Source: Mobula hypostoma (Eukaryota). From it: a stretch of DNA of 64,000 bases. Of the stretch, positions 46,676 through 60,297 are shown one piece after another. How positions within the stretch are numbered: the stretch's first letter is position 1; every line of letters begins with the position of its first letter. The position numbers and the translations under genes were made by a program. The notes under the pieces were generated by a model, which was not told the origin of the DNA, did no database searches, and saw nothing but the letters and a program-made list of their open reading frames with translations. The stretch spans positions 44,640,001 through 44,704,000 of the forward strand of contig NC_086102.1 of NCBI RefSeq assembly GCF_963921235.1. The letters run 5' to 3'.

Positions 46676-49070
46676 CTGAATTCTGTCAGTCATTGCTGTC
46701 ATTCAATTGTTTCTCATCAAGAGATAATTGTATAGAATTAAGTAATTTAATAAGCATATAAAATTTTCAAACTAAAATGTGTATATTAAAGCGAATCTAG
46801 CTGATATAAAATCAACAGTGTTTATTAAATAAAGAATGAAAAAAAACTACATACATTTTATCAAGCACATAAATGGTGTCAATGTTAACATACCAGCCAA
46901 GTCTAACATGAAGATAGAAGCCAGAAACAAAGCCTATCCCTGCCCCAGCTGGAATGACAGAGCTCCACCACTGGCCTCAGTACCACGGCCCGTGGTGGTG
47001 GGAGGTCAGATGTTCCACCACCTAACCTTGGGCACATTCTGGTTGGTGCCCTGCGCTGACCCTCAAAGGGGACCTCACCACCCATTCTCCTCTGAACTGT
47101 CAATAGAAGATAAACATCTTTGGTCCTTGTGTAATGAAGGGAGAATGGTACAACTAAAAGCGCCAGCAATAAAACTCTATGTTTAAAAGAAAGAACCCAA
47201 GCCAATCCCAAGATTTTCAAAACCAGTCTGGCAATTTGAATAACACAGAAATTTTTCAGGAGTATCTTAGGCTATCAATTTTAACTGAATTGCTGTGTAT
47301 CAAATGCATTTGATGAAGAGTGAGGAGAATAATTTATATAAACTCCTTTGATATTTAATAAATGAACAGTGTTAGAAACCCAGTCGTTATACAGATTGGA
47401 GTCTAGAGCCCACTGGTACTCTAAGTTATTATGAGCCTCATCATTATGAACTCATTGAGCTGGCTGCTCACCTTTTTCTGAGTTCAGTCCTGGGATGTTT
47501 GATTGATAAGGTTCATTTGCTACAGGGGGATGTTCATTCCTCTGAGCTCTCTCTTCTGCTTTCTGGTAAATTTACTTTATACATTGTGGAATAGCAATCT
47601 TAAATATTACCTCTATAAGAAACAAGAACATGTGTCAACCATATGTTCCTTTAGCCTGCTTTGCCAATTAATACTATCATAGCTGTTAAGATCCTGATTT
47701 CAGCAATACCTTGCTGCCAGTTCCTAATAATCTTTGGCTCCCCTGTGTTCAAAGATCTGCCAGTCTCAGTCTTGAAGTACGTTTCAGCAACTCTGCCACC
47801 TCAGCTCTCAGGGAAGGGTTTCCAAAGACCCACAAGCCTTGGAGAAAAATAAAATCCTCCTTATCTGTCTTAAGTGGTGACTCTTCATTCTAAAACGGAG
47901 CTCCCAATACACCAATGATAGGAGCATCCAATCAGTACCTCTCGCATCAGCACCTTTCAGAATCGTGTACGTTTCATTATTAGCTATCATTCTTCTAAAC
48001 TGACGAGTACACACCCATACTGCTCAACCTTTCTGTGTACGACAGCTCTTTCTCTGTACAGCCTTTAAATTCTGTTTAAGCGAAGAGACCAGAACAAATG
48101 GTGAGATGTGGTCTCGTCAATCTGCTGCTCAGTAGCAATAAGGTTTCCCTAAACTTATATTCCATTCTGCTTGTAACAAAAACCAATGTGACCCTATCCT
48201 TCCTAGTTGTTGTAACCTGCTAACTTTCTGTACAAGGTGAGCTAGACCTAACGGGCAGCTGCAGTGAACAATGTTTCTCAATACTTTCTACCAACGTGGA
48301 TAACCTTCAAATTCCCCACTATTATACCTCAGTTACTAGATTTGTCCCTCCCACTTAACCTGCCTATATCCCTTTGTGTACCCTTCTGTGCTCTCCTCAC
48401 AATTTGCTTTCCCACCTTGATTTCAAAGAGTTGTACACTAAAATGATGCAGGAGGCAGGAGGGAGAAGGGATTTTAAATTTTAATGACATGAACTACGAC
48501 CCCACACCAAGACATATGTACCTGATACACTTGTTAGCCAATCTCACTCACCACAGTCTGCTCCTCATCCATGACCTTTCACCCCCATGTTCCACTTGCT
48601 GCCTTCCTGGTTAATGTGATCCTTTCTGAACAAACAATAAAATCAAGCATCAGCTGGAAACTGAAGGGCACCTCCACCCAAATGCTGGAATCCTTCTCAG
48701 GTACTAGTTCAATGAGTAGAGGGAGTTTATCCACACTGATATGTTATATTTTTTTCCATCAATCTTTGAAGGATCAAGTTGTCTTCACTGACATTTGCCC
48801 AGCTCCTTCCCAATTAGAATAATCTCCTATTCTAAATATTCAGCCTGACTGATTGACCATTAACACAGATTCAAACAACTAAAACATCCTTTTGATAACC
48901 TAATGGCATAGTCCTGAGCATAATTTCAATGTCTGCAGATCTCCTCAACAGTGAATTGGATAGCAAATTATTTCATGGAAACATAGGAGAAATTATAGAT
49001 TAAGTTTAATACAGAAGTACAGTATGTGACATGATCAATTTTGACAGGAAGAATACGGAGAAACAATATA

Positions 49071-49617
49071 CCCTCAGTGTCACTTTATTAGGTACACCTG
49101 TACACTTGCTCATTAATGCAAATATCTGATCAGCCAATCATGTGGCAGCAACTCAATGCAAAAGCATGTAGACCTGGTCAAAAGATTCAGTTGTTGTTCA
49201 AACCAAACATCATAATGGGGACGAAATGTGATCTAGAGACTTTTACCGTAAAATGATTGTTGGCACCAGACAGGGAGGTTTGGAGTATCTCAGAAAATGC
49301 TGATCTCCTAGATTTTCACACATAACATTCTCTAGAGTTTACAGACAATGGTGCAGAAAATCTAAAAACATCCAATGATTGGCAGTTCTGTGGGTGAAAA
49401 TGACTTGTTAATGAGAGAGGTCAGAGGAGAATGGCCAGACTGGTAGAAACTGACAGGAAGTAGACAGTAACTCAGATAACTACAACAGTGGTGTGCAGAA
49501 GACCATCTCTGAATGTACAACACATTGAGCCATGAGGTGCAGCAGAAGACGATAAACATACACTCAATGGCCACTTTATTAGGTACAGGAGGTACATAAT
49601 AAAGCGGCCACTGTATG
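49071..49617 (+). mobile_element. Tc1/mariner non-autonomous transposon
   Basis: TA at both ends; TIR-like cagtgtcactttattaggtac / gtacataataaagcggccactg; degenerate Tc1 HTH-coding remnants (MIVG.R.GG.SISE.ADLL.FS). Confidence 0.75.
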
Positions 49618-49769
49618 TAGATCAAACCTTACAATTTCAAATGGGGCACAGGAACAGAGACTTCTGGAATGTTACACACAAAACTGTGAAGATGGTAGGC
49701 GAAAAGAAGGAGGTAATTACAAAGACATAAAACTCATTTGCTCTTTAAATATTTGTTTTCTACATGCTG

Positions 49770-50100
49770 TCTTGACCATAATTGTTCTTGGTAAATTTTT
49801 CTACAGAACTGGCTTGCCATTGCCTTCTTCTGGGCGGTGTCTTTACAAGATGGGCGATGTCGACCATTATCAATACTCTTTAGAAACAATGTGCCTGGCA
49901 TCAGTGGTCACATAACCACGACGTGATATGACCAGCTGCTCATACAAACATCCCCTGCTGCTTCCAAAGCTTCTCTTGATCCTGAACGAGGGGCTTAAGC
50001 AGGTGCTACACCTTGTCCAAAGGTAAACTGCAGGCTGGTGGAGGGAAGGAGAATCTTACACCTCCTTTGGTAAAGATGCATCCCCACCCAGTCACCCATT
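49770..50100 (-). mobile_element. SINE with RTE/BovB-type 3' tail
   Basis: Minus-strand 3' end cccagaagaaggcaatggcaagcc...tgtagaaaaatttaccaagaacaat resembles RTE/BovB tails (recalled). Confidence 0.55.
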
Positions 50101-51645
50101 AAATTTTGGTACAGAATATAAAATCAAGGAAGCTATATTAAGCATTTATAAAAATATCTGGCTGGTCCCCCACTAAGACTTTGAATATTTAATGCAGGAT
50201 GGCTGGCAAGTCTTAGAAAATGCATACAGCAGTTTTGGCATTCTTAACAGACCAGAGACCAGTTACAGGAAAATTTAATTTTGATGTTCAAAGCTTTGAT
50301 AGGCCTTAATAGCTCCCAGTGGCAGAGTGTTCATAACCAAAGGGTATGGATTTAATTCTAGAAATCAGAAACTGTGAAACCATATTTTGAAAATGTAGCT
50401 TAACTGAGAATCTTCTAAAGAGTTAGTACAACACGATAGGCTGATGGGTTAGTATCCATACATTATCATTTTATGCTCGATAAGCACTCATAACTCTTAT
50501 TACAAGCTCTGCTTTCAGTTGTGGCAACACAGCACCAGAAGGTGGGGTGTCTTAACTATCAAACTAGAAGTACTGGCAAAATAGCATGGGGTACGGCCAT
50601 TTCTCAAGTTAAATGGTGCATTCCTGGAAAACGTTCCCTGAAGTGGAATTCTGTAAATCAATAAGGCTGAACAGAACACAGAAGGGATATTTTGGTACAG
50701 AGTATTGCCATGGGCAGAGAATGGCGCATTATTTGCTATAGTGAAAAATAGATCTGTAAATCAAAGGCTCACTTCTCAAAGAATCAATGGCATTTGAGCA
50801 AAAATTCATAAATCAAACTCTTTCATGTTGAGGAAAGCCTACAACAGTTAGAAAGCAGCTTTCACAGAGTACATTGACATTAAAGTAACTATGGTGTGGA
50901 ACTATAGAGTTCTAATTCTAAGTTTTGTAGAAAGTGATCATTCAATGGAGCTTTGGCATTATCCCTTCAAATATTTTTAAAAGTAGCCTTGTGCATCAAA
51001 AAAATTTCTTAATGTAAAACAGAGCTGTCATAGGGATTATAGTTAACTGAATTAGTTTAAATTTTTATCTAATTTCATTTCTTCTTAAAGTACCATGGAA
51101 CATTTTGGGTATTAAACATATATACAGTAAGTGCAACTTTCTGTTACATTGATTAGCACAGTTTAATGCTTCCACAATTAGTAGAAATATTGCATATGAC
51201 ATTCAGCACTTCTTGCTGAGATGGAAATTTTATAAATTGTGCCAGTAATTTTTAACTTTTCAATGTGAGCGATCTATTCCTTCCTGACATTTGTTCTTTG
51301 GCATAAAAAAAAGTTTTATGGAACTGCTCCATCTAAATTTTAATACAGTATTAAAGTTGTTTTATTTTCTTTTGGGGTCTTTCGAATGTTGTTGTCTCCG
51401 AAGAGAAGTTTGCAAGAGAAAACATGCTTGAGAATTCTGCCACAGGTTGAATTTTACAGGAAACATGGTAGAAAGATGAGAATAATAAAAAAAAATCATG
51501 AGGAATTCTGATGGTGTGAATAAGGATTAATTATTTTCTCTTGTTTGGGAAGAACAGCAAAGAATCTTCAATTTCAAATTGTCAATTGCCATTGAGGATG
51601 GCTGGTGAATCGATTTTTGCACTGAATACAAATGACCATAAGCCG

Positions 51646-51870
51646 TGGTCCACAAATGACGTGGCCAAGTGGTTAAGGCGTTCGTCTAGTGATCTGAAGG
51701 TCGCTAGTTCGAGCCTCAGCTGTGGCAGCATGCTTGAGCAACGCACTTAACCACACATTGCTCTAGTGTCTGTGCGAGGAATGGCGCCCTACACAGACTT
51801 CCAATCTGCGCCTTGTAAGGCATGAAAGTGCCCGATGCAGGCCTCATGGTCTGAGTCGACGTTCCCTCCC
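51646..51870 (+). mobile_element. tRNA-derived SINE
   Basis: A box TGGCCAAGTGG (51662-51672), B box agttcgagcc (51706-51715), then cttgagcaacgcacttaacc core; possible TSD taagccg (51639-51645 / 51871-51877). Confidence 0.75.
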
Positions 51871-52549
51871 TAAGCCGAATGTGCTATGGAACATTGGGAA
51901 AATACGTGAAGGAGATGATAGAGATACATGGAGGGTTGTGTGGATGGGAGTGCAGAGACTGTTGTGATTGGTAAGTGGGACTGGTACTGGTTTGATGGCG
52001 CTCTCCCTGTGCCAAATGAATAGACCATGAAACTGGTGCATCTTGCTCCTCTGCTCACCACCTGCAAACTGTAGGTGTCTGTCTGTCAGGTCCCAGAGGC
52101 ATCTTCCTAGTCCTTGGGAGGGTGGGGGGAAGATTGTCTAGCTGAGCCTAGGGCAGTATTGTTGGTTGCCAATGACTCACCAATTTATTTCAAAGCCTGC
52201 TAATCCCAGTTCTTCAATAAAGTGGTTTTAATAAACATCATAGTGAGCTGGCTCCCTGCAGTCTCTTTAAATGGCATTGATTTAGCTGTTAAGCCCTGAG
52301 AAAACTGGCAGCAGTCTGTTGTCAGGCTCCGAAGAATTTTGTAATGATCACTGACATCCCTGTTTGCATTTGTCGAATGTAAATTCCATGCTTGCATTTG
52401 GAATGCAAATACAGGAACCTTCAGCAATGCAGGTTGGACTATTGCTTACTCGATAACATGCAGTGTGTGGACATCCACCCTCTGTGTGGGACACTTCAAC
52501 TTTTACCTCAGGAGTGTCAAGTGGGACAGGGCCAATGAGAAAGTGCAAA

Positions 52550-53530
52550 CATGAGGAAATCTGCAGATGCTGGAAATTCAAGCAACATACACAAAATGTT
52601 GGTGGAACGCAGCAGGCCAGACAGCATTCATAGGAAGAAGCACAGTCGACGTTTCGGGCTGAGACCCTTTGTCAGGACTAACTGAAGGAAGAGATAGTAA
52701 GAGATTTGATAGAGGGTGGGGGAGGGGGAGATCCGAAATGATAGGAGAAGACAGGAGGGGGAGGGATAAAGTGAAAAGCTGGAAAGTTGATTGGCAAAAG
52801 GGATACAAGGCTGGAGAAGGCAGAGGATCATGGGATGGGAGGCCTAGGGAGAAAGAAAGGGGAAGGGGAACCCAGAGGAAGATGGAGAGCAGGCAAGGAG
52901 TTATTGTGAGAGGGACAGAGAGAGAAAGAGAGAGAGATCAAAAAAGGGAAAAAAATAAATAAATAAGGGATGGGCTAAAAAGGGGAGGAGGGACATTAAC
53001 GGAAGTTAGAGAAGTCAGTGTTCATGCCACCAGGTTGGAGGCTACCCAGATGGAATATAAGGTGTTGTTCCTCCAACCTGAGTGTGGCCTTATCTTGACA
53101 GTAGAGGAGGCCGTGGGTAGACATATCAGAATGGGAATGGGATGTGGAATTAAAAAGTGTGGCCACAGGGAGATCCTGCTTTCTCTGGCGGACAGAGCAC
53201 AGGTGTTCAACAAAACGGTCTCCCAGTCTGCGTCGGGTCTCACCAATATATAGAAGGCCGCACTGGGAGCACCGGACGCAGTATATCTCCCCAGTGGACT
53301 CACAGGTGAAGTGTCGTCTCACCTGCAAGGACTGTCTGGGGCCCTTAATAGTGGTGAGGAAGGAAGTGTAAGGGCATAAGGAGCACTTGTTCCACTTACA
53401 AGGATATGTGCCAGGAGGGAGATCAGTAGGAAGGGATGGGCTCGCCTCTGGGTCCAACATATAATTCTCCGTAACTTCCGCCACCTCCAACGGGATCCCG
53501 CCACCAAGCACATCTCCCCCTCCCCCCCCC
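52550..53530 (-). mobile_element. Penelope-like element 3' end with nearly intact GIY-YIG endonuclease ORF and pLTR hammerhead (G8 mutated)
   Basis: GTYPCKWNKCSLCP...HFTCESTGEIYCVRCSQCGLLYIGETRRRLGDRFVEH...LEEQHLIFHLGSLQPGGMNTDFSNFR* (stop at 52996); hammerhead at 52643-52680 reads CUGACAA. Confidence 0.92.
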
Positions 53531-53789
53531 GGCTTTTCACTGGGATCACTCCTTACATGACCCCCTTGTCCATTCATCCCCCCCAGCCCTCCAAGTTCAC
53601 TCCAACAACTCCAGCCCAGACATGCTGCAAACATCCTGCCCCAGCGAGACTCCAGTCACACCCCAAAAATGCATCAGTGGCAGTCAGGCCTGGTGACCAA
53701 CCAAAATACAAGAGGACCAGGTAAATTACTGGAAAGCCATCTCACATGCGAAGTGGCAATTCCTGACCAAACCTGAATCATTGAAGAAT

Positions 53790-55383
53790 GCTTGACATTT
53801 GCGGTAGGGCACAATGCTATCACCTTCTACAAAGTGAAACCAAGTGACATAGGTGATAACGACAACAGGGCTTCACTCCCAGATGAGCTCAGTGCCTTCT
53901 ATGTTCACTTTGACTGTCAAAACACAGAGTCACTTTCGCAAACTCCCACAGCCCCCGATGACCTTGTGATTTCAGTCTCTGAAGCTGACCTGAGAGCATC
54001 CTTCAGGAGGGTGAACCTACGGAAAGTATCCGGCCCAGACAGGGTACCTGGCCAAGTACTAAGGCCTGTCTTGATCAACTGGCTGAAGTGTTCAATGAGA
54101 TCTTTAACCGCTCACATTATCAGTCTGAGGTACGTAGCTGTTTAAAACAGGCCTCGATTATACCGGTGCCTAAGAAGAATGTGGTAACTTGCCTCAATGA
54201 GTATCATCCAGTAGCACTTACGTCCACTGAGATGAAGTGCTTTGAGAGATTGGTGATGAAACACATCAACTGTCACTGGAGAAGTGACTTGAACCTCCTC
54301 TAATTTGCCTACCGGAGCAACAGAACAAGACGCATACCATGTCTTTGGCTCTTCACTCAAACCTGGAACATCTAGACAGCGAAGATGCATACATCAGGAT
54401 GCTCTTCATTGACTATTGCTCAGCATTCAATACTAACATCTCCTCAAAACCAATCAATAAGCTTCAAGATCTCAATGCTTGGTTGTATAACTGGATCCCC
54501 AGGACTCTCACTTGCAGACCCAGTCTGTTCAGACTGGCAACATCACAAGGTTGTGTGTTAACCCCTTTGCTCTTCATACATTATAGTAATGACTGTGAAG
54601 CTAAGCACAGCTCCAAAGCCATATTTAAGTTTGTTGACGATAGCACTGCCATTGGCTGAATCAAAAAGTGGTGACGAACTAGCATATAGGAAGCAGATTG
54701 AAAATCTGGCTGAGAGGTGCCACAGCAAAAACCTCTCACTCAATGTCATCAAGACCAATGAGATGGTTATTGGCTTCAGGAACAGGAAACTGGAGGTCCA
54801 AGAGTGAGTCCTCATCGAGAGATCAGAGGTGGAAGGAATTAGCAACTTCAAACTCTTTGATTTTATCCTTTCTGAGGGTCTGTCCTGGGTCTAGCAGGGC
54901 AGCAATTCTACTGTCTTAGGAGTTAGCAAAAACTCAGCATGTCATCTAAACCTTTGACAAACCCTACAGATATGTGATGGAGAGTACATTTACTGGTTGC
55001 ATCATGGCCTGGTATGGGAACATCAATGCTCCTGAACAGAAAATCCTACTAAAAGTAGTGGACACAACCCAGTTCATCCTGGTTAAAGCCCTCCCCACTA
55101 CTGAGCACATCTTCACGGAGTGCTATTGCAGGAAAGCAACATCCATCATCAAGGACCCACACCATTCAGGCCATGCTGTCTTCTCACTGCTGCCAGCAGG
55201 ACGGTAGAGGTGCCTCAGGACTCACAGCACTGGGCTGCAGACGAGTTATTACCCCTCAACCATCAAGCTCTTAAACCAGAGGGGATAACTTCACTCGCCC
55301 CATCACTGAACTGTTCCCACAATCTATGGACTCAGTTCAAGGACACTTCATCTCATGTTCTCCATACTTATTTATTATTATTA
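53790..55383 (+). mobile_element. Rex1/Babar LINE RT fragment through 3' UTR
   Basis: VSGPDRVPG, YHPVALTSTEMKCFERLV, MLFIDYCSAFN, KFVDD, LLPAGR; the 3' UTR ends in a TTA tract. Confidence 0.88.
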
Positions 55384-56125
55384 CCTTTTATTTTTTTCCT
55401 CGGCCCAAGCTGGAAAAATCTGAGCCACAGGCATAGCCAAGCACACCCATTTCTCAATTGCTAGGAAGTGTCAGATTATTCTAGTGGTATTTAGTATTGT
55501 GGCTTTCTGGAGATTTATATACATCTCCAGAAAGCCACAATACTACATAGCAATGTTTATTTACAAAAATATTACCATGTAGGCCTAATTGCTTAATGCT
55601 ATTACTATGCGACAATGTATACCTTGTTAATGATATCACTATTGCAACAATGTACTGTATATCTTGTTCATGTTCCATAGTCTTTCAATTTCCTCGATTA
55701 ATTCAGCATATTTCTGGTGTTTTTCACTTTTTGATTTCTGTATGTTATGTCTGTTTGGAACGGCTCTATCTATTATGTAGTTTTTGTTTATCCTGAAATA
55801 TTATATCTGAATGGTTATTATGGATTGTCCTATCTGTAATAATGGATAAGTTGTAATATAATTTTTGGACTCCGACTCTAAATCTGGATCAGGCTTGTAT
55901 GGTGTGGTGTCTTTTATGAATTTGTGTTTTAAAGCAACATTTTAGTGAATGATGCTTGCCACTTGATTGTGCCTGTGTAAGTCATCAGATTGAGTTAAAC
56001 TACTACAGGATCCTGTAACGTGTTGGATTGTTTCTGGTTTCTCTTGGCACTTGCATAAATTTGTTGGTCTTCCATTAGATAGTTTTGATAATGTTTTGTG
56101 TTAATCACTTGGTTCTGCATTGCTC
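55384..56125 (-). mobile_element. R4/Dong-clade non-LTR retrotransposon 3' fragment (CCHC knuckle + restriction-like endonuclease)
   Basis: Hand translation across frameshifts: AMQNQVINTKHY, CKCQEKPETIQHVTGSC...LHRHNQVASIIH, TDRTIHNNHSDIIFQDK, IDRAVPNRHN, EKHQKYAEL.EEIERLW, IVAIVIS...SIKQLGL. The 3' end abuts (TAA)n. Confidence 0.8.
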
Positions 56126-56594
56126 TACCATAGAATATCTGCAGTGCATTCCATGCTGACCACTGCATGTTGGACTTGTGGTCAAAGGTGTTTTATCTGA
56201 AAGTACTCTTCAAAAGAACAGATATTGTAACAGCAAAAAGGGGACAGGTAGGACCTTTACACATAGTGACCTTGGTCCACACATCGCCTAATACAGCCTC
56301 ACGTGAAGGTGGTCATCAGGATGAGCACAACGTTGCAACACTTTTTCTGAGATACAATCAATGCAATCAATAGGCTGTAATTTTCATTTCAGAGTTGAGC
56401 CTTTCAACCACCTGTATGACTTGGCCTTCTCGCGGTGTGAACTAAAGTCTCAGAGGTGCAGGACAATTGTGGTGTGGCAAGTACAGGCCAAAGGAAGGCA
56501 GCAGCACCCAGGCCTGAGAGCAGAGAACGAACCAACGTTTGGCCATTGCTGGAGTGGACTTGGAGGTGATTCAATGTGACAGAACCAAGGTGAG

Positions 56595-57900
56595 GCAGAG
56601 AATCAGAACCAGGTTTAATATCACAGGCGTATGTCGTGAAATTTGTTGTGATATGGCAATAGTACATCACAATGCATAATAATAGACACTGAAAATTACA
56701 GTGTATAAATGTATTTAAAAGTTAAATTAACTAGAGAAAAAAAGTAGTGGTGTAGTGTTCACGGGTTCAATTCAGAAATCTGATGGCAGAAGGGAAGAAG
56801 GTATTCCTGAAACATTGATCGTGTGCCTTCAGGCTCCTGTACCTCCTCCCTGATTGTTGCAGTGAGAAGGGAGCATGTCCTAGGTGATGGGAGTCCTTAA
56901 TGACAGATGCCGCCTTTTTGTGGCATTGCTCCTTGAAGATGTCCTGGGTGCTAGGGAGGTTAGTGGCTGTGGTGAGCTGATTGAGTTCACAGCTTTCTGC
57001 AGCTCATTTCAATCCTGTGTAGTGCCTCCCACCCCGCCCCCATACCAGATGGTGATGCTGCCAGTTAGAGTGCTCTCCACAGTACAACTGTAGAAATTTG
57101 CAGTTGTCATTAGTGATATATCAAATCTCCAAAAACTATAGAAACATAGCTAATGCTGCGCCTTCTTTGTAACTGCATCGATATGTTGGGCCTAGGAGAG
57201 ATCCTCAGAGATGTTGACACCCAGGAACTTGATCTTTCTCACCCTTTCCACTTCCGATCTGTTGATGAGGAGTGGTGTGTGTTCCCTCGTCTTACCCTTT
57301 CTGAAGTCCACAATCAATTCTTTGGTCTCACTGACACTGAGTGCAGGGTTGTTCTGCAAAAACACTCATCCAGCTGATCTAACATGCTCCTGTATGCCTT
57401 CTCTTCACCATCTTAAATTCTGCCAGCAATAGTTGTGTCACTGGCAAATTTATAGATGGTATTTGAGCTGTGCCTAGCCAGACAGTTATAGGTGTAGAGA
57501 GAGTGGAACAGTGGGCCAAGCACACATCCTTGAGGTGCACCAGTGTGATTATTAGCAAGGTAAATTCGTTATTTCCGATCTGCCCAGACTGTGGTCTTCC
57601 GGTGAGGAAACTGAGGATCCATTTGCAGAGTGAGGTTGAGAGCTGCAGGTTTTGGAGCTTTGTAGGAATGACTGGTTAAATGCTGAGCTGTAGTCAATAA
57701 ACAGCAGCCTGATGCAAGTATTAATATTGTCCAGATGATCCAAGGCCATGTGAAGAGCAAATGAGATTGTATCCGCTGTAGACCTATTGTGGCAATAAGC
57801 ACATTGCAGTGGGCCCAGGTCCTTGAATAGGAAGGAACTGATTCTAGCCATGACCAACCTCTCAAAGCTCTTCATCACCAAGGATGTACTGCAAGTGCTA
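56595..57900 (-). mobile_element. Rex1/Babar LINE fragment
   Basis: VMKSFERLVMARI...AYCHNRSTADTI...[13 protein letters not shown]; 3' UTR ending ctggttctgattc near 56600. Confidence 0.85.
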
Positions 57901-60297
57901 CAGTTGTTAAGGTCTACTCTTACTGGACACTGGCATGATTGTTGTCCTTATGAAGCAGAGTTGAGGTGGTGTAGCCCAGGTCTGGGCCTGAGAGCGAGGA
58001 GAGATCTGCTGTTTAGACAAATTAAGCACCGTCCAGATTGGAAAGGAGGGGTATGGGTCGAATTGAGGCAGTGGGGCCCAGGCCCAAGAGCGTATTGAAG
58101 CAGCAGGGCCCAGGCCAAGAGCGAGGAATGAGGTGAGGTGAGGCCAATTTAAGTGCCAGGCCAGATTGAATAGGTCAGGGTATCAGGCCGGAGGAGAGGG
58201 ATAGGCTGTCATTCAGCTCACTGCTCTCTGAGGTGTACTCGTCCCTGCACTGAACTGCGGCTGGGGCCTGCAACTAACAGGCTCCTGGACCGGCTGCAGT
58301 GACGACTGTCTTCATGGCTGTGGTTTCACTTTCATGAATTTCAGTTCCGAATGTTATTTGCTTACTTCGTTGTTTGTATGATTTCTTTTCTCTGCATGTT
58401 GGGAGTATAATGGGTTTCTTTCTTTTGTGGCTGCATGTAAGGAAATGAATCTCAAGGTTGTACATAGTATACATACTTCGATAATAAATGTACTTTGAAC
58501 CTTAAAAGAAAAGAATGGCTGTAAAAGTTTCTATCTTATCATTGACGCAACTGTATCATCTTATAATTATTAAATATAGTTAGATTAATGGAACATCTCC
58601 ATCAGCAGTAACAAAATAGTTTGTGGTTTAAGACAGTTGCAAGAAAGATGAACAATTAATGCTGCCTACCTCTTTTTCAACCACAATGATGTTTCTGACA
58701 TCAGGCGATGACTCAGACATCTGACATGCCTCCAATCTACTCCAAGGCCCCTGCCCTTGAGCTTATAACCACCTCACTGTGAACAATAGAAGTGATCCTT
58801 ACTTATTCTGCAGAGAAACCTCAACCTTTGATCTGGCTCCACAGTAGAGCAGTCAGGATCCTGAAACTTGCTGAGGACTTATTTTGTGACTGCATGCCCT
58901 CCTCTACCCTAATGCAAGTTTTAATAACATCCATTCTTGGTTGCATACCATGAATCTTTGCAATGCCAAGTTGTCAAGAAAGTGTAAGAGATGTAGACCT
59001 GCCTTCAATACTTTTAAAAAAAAGTGAAGGAGATGGTCATGGAACCCACTGAACTTCTGATCCATTTTCTGTGTTATGCTGTCATGGACTTGTTTTTAGC
59101 TTGACATTTACCATAACGAACTATACCACAGATACAAACACACTAGTTACTGTTTGTCCAATATATTCAACAAATCCATAGATAACACCAACCAATCATA
59201 GTTTTACTAATGTCATGATACTAATTTAGTTGTCCTGAAGCAGAAAACTTATTAGAACGATGGCTATTGTCTGTACTTCAAAATTATATCATAACCTTGA
59301 AATTGCTCTCTGTACAGTATTCATGTTACAGAACACAGAACATTACAGCACAGTACAGACCCTTCAGCCAGATATTGTGCCGACCTTTTAACCTGTTCTA
59401 AGATCAATCTAACTTATCCTCCTACGTAGCCCTCCATTTTTATGTCAGAACCTTTAATCAATTTTAGTTCCTACTGCGATTATCATAGCACTCCTATTGC
59501 TTGCCTATCAAGCAAGCAGCTACCTGGCTGGTTAGTGGGATATGCAGTCCTACTTAAGCATGATTGTGGAAATTGCAGCAAAGTAAGAGTTAAGAGCATG
59601 AAACCTAACAGAGCACAGGCACTTTGTACAAGATTTCTCTGAAGGCAACAAGTCAAGATGATAAGCTAACTGAGACAGTACCCAGGCTGAACATGGCCCT
59701 TGAAAGCCGACCTCTTACACAGCCTTTCTGTTCAAGCCTGGGAACCCAGATCACTAAGCAAACCAAGACAAGATAAAGATGCAAACAAAGGATTCTAGCA
59801 CTTACTATTGCACAATTATATTATTAATTCTAGTATTATTGGCCCGTAATATGTGGATTTAATTAGTTACTAACACCTAAAATATGTATTATGATTGGTA
59901 CTTAAGAATTGCACAAAATTTCTATTGGATAAATATTTGTAAATAACTAATAAATTTCTGTTTAAAAATTGTATTCTTTTGTTCAAACTTCAGAGCAGTG
60001 TGGTAACAGGGGAAGTACTGTTCTCCTTGTGCACAAGTAAATACAGTGTGATTGAGGAACCTGTGCAAGTTGTCAGTGTCCAGTTCATCAGCAACAACAG
60101 ATGACCTATAATCCCAAGGAATTGAAGTGGCACCTTTAAAGTCAAACTGGTTGTTATCTTCCAAAATGTGATTGATTCTGAAATAGTTTCTACAGACTTA
60201 AAGGAAAGAAATGTAACCTGGCTATTTAGGAATGGTCGGAGAGAGGAACGAGAACTACAGACTAGTAAGTCATGACTCTATAGTAAACTGAATAGCC

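Noticed and set aside
46903-47220. Hydrophobic ORF with a phase-1 donor (GGTG|gtgagg) as signal-peptide exon
   Set aside because: It starts with TTG, the only in-frame ATG is two codons before the donor, and the hydrophobic stretch is too far from the Ig1 junction.
51655-51730. tRNA gene
   Set aside because: A and B boxes are present but there is no complete cloverleaf; it continues into SINE body sequence.
59922-60200. 80-aa minus-strand ORF (MEDNNQFDFKGATSIPWDY...) as a terminal exon of a neighbouring gene
   Set aside because: No recognisable homology (not a PTGFRN-like tail) and it abuts a CR1 fragment; likely chance.
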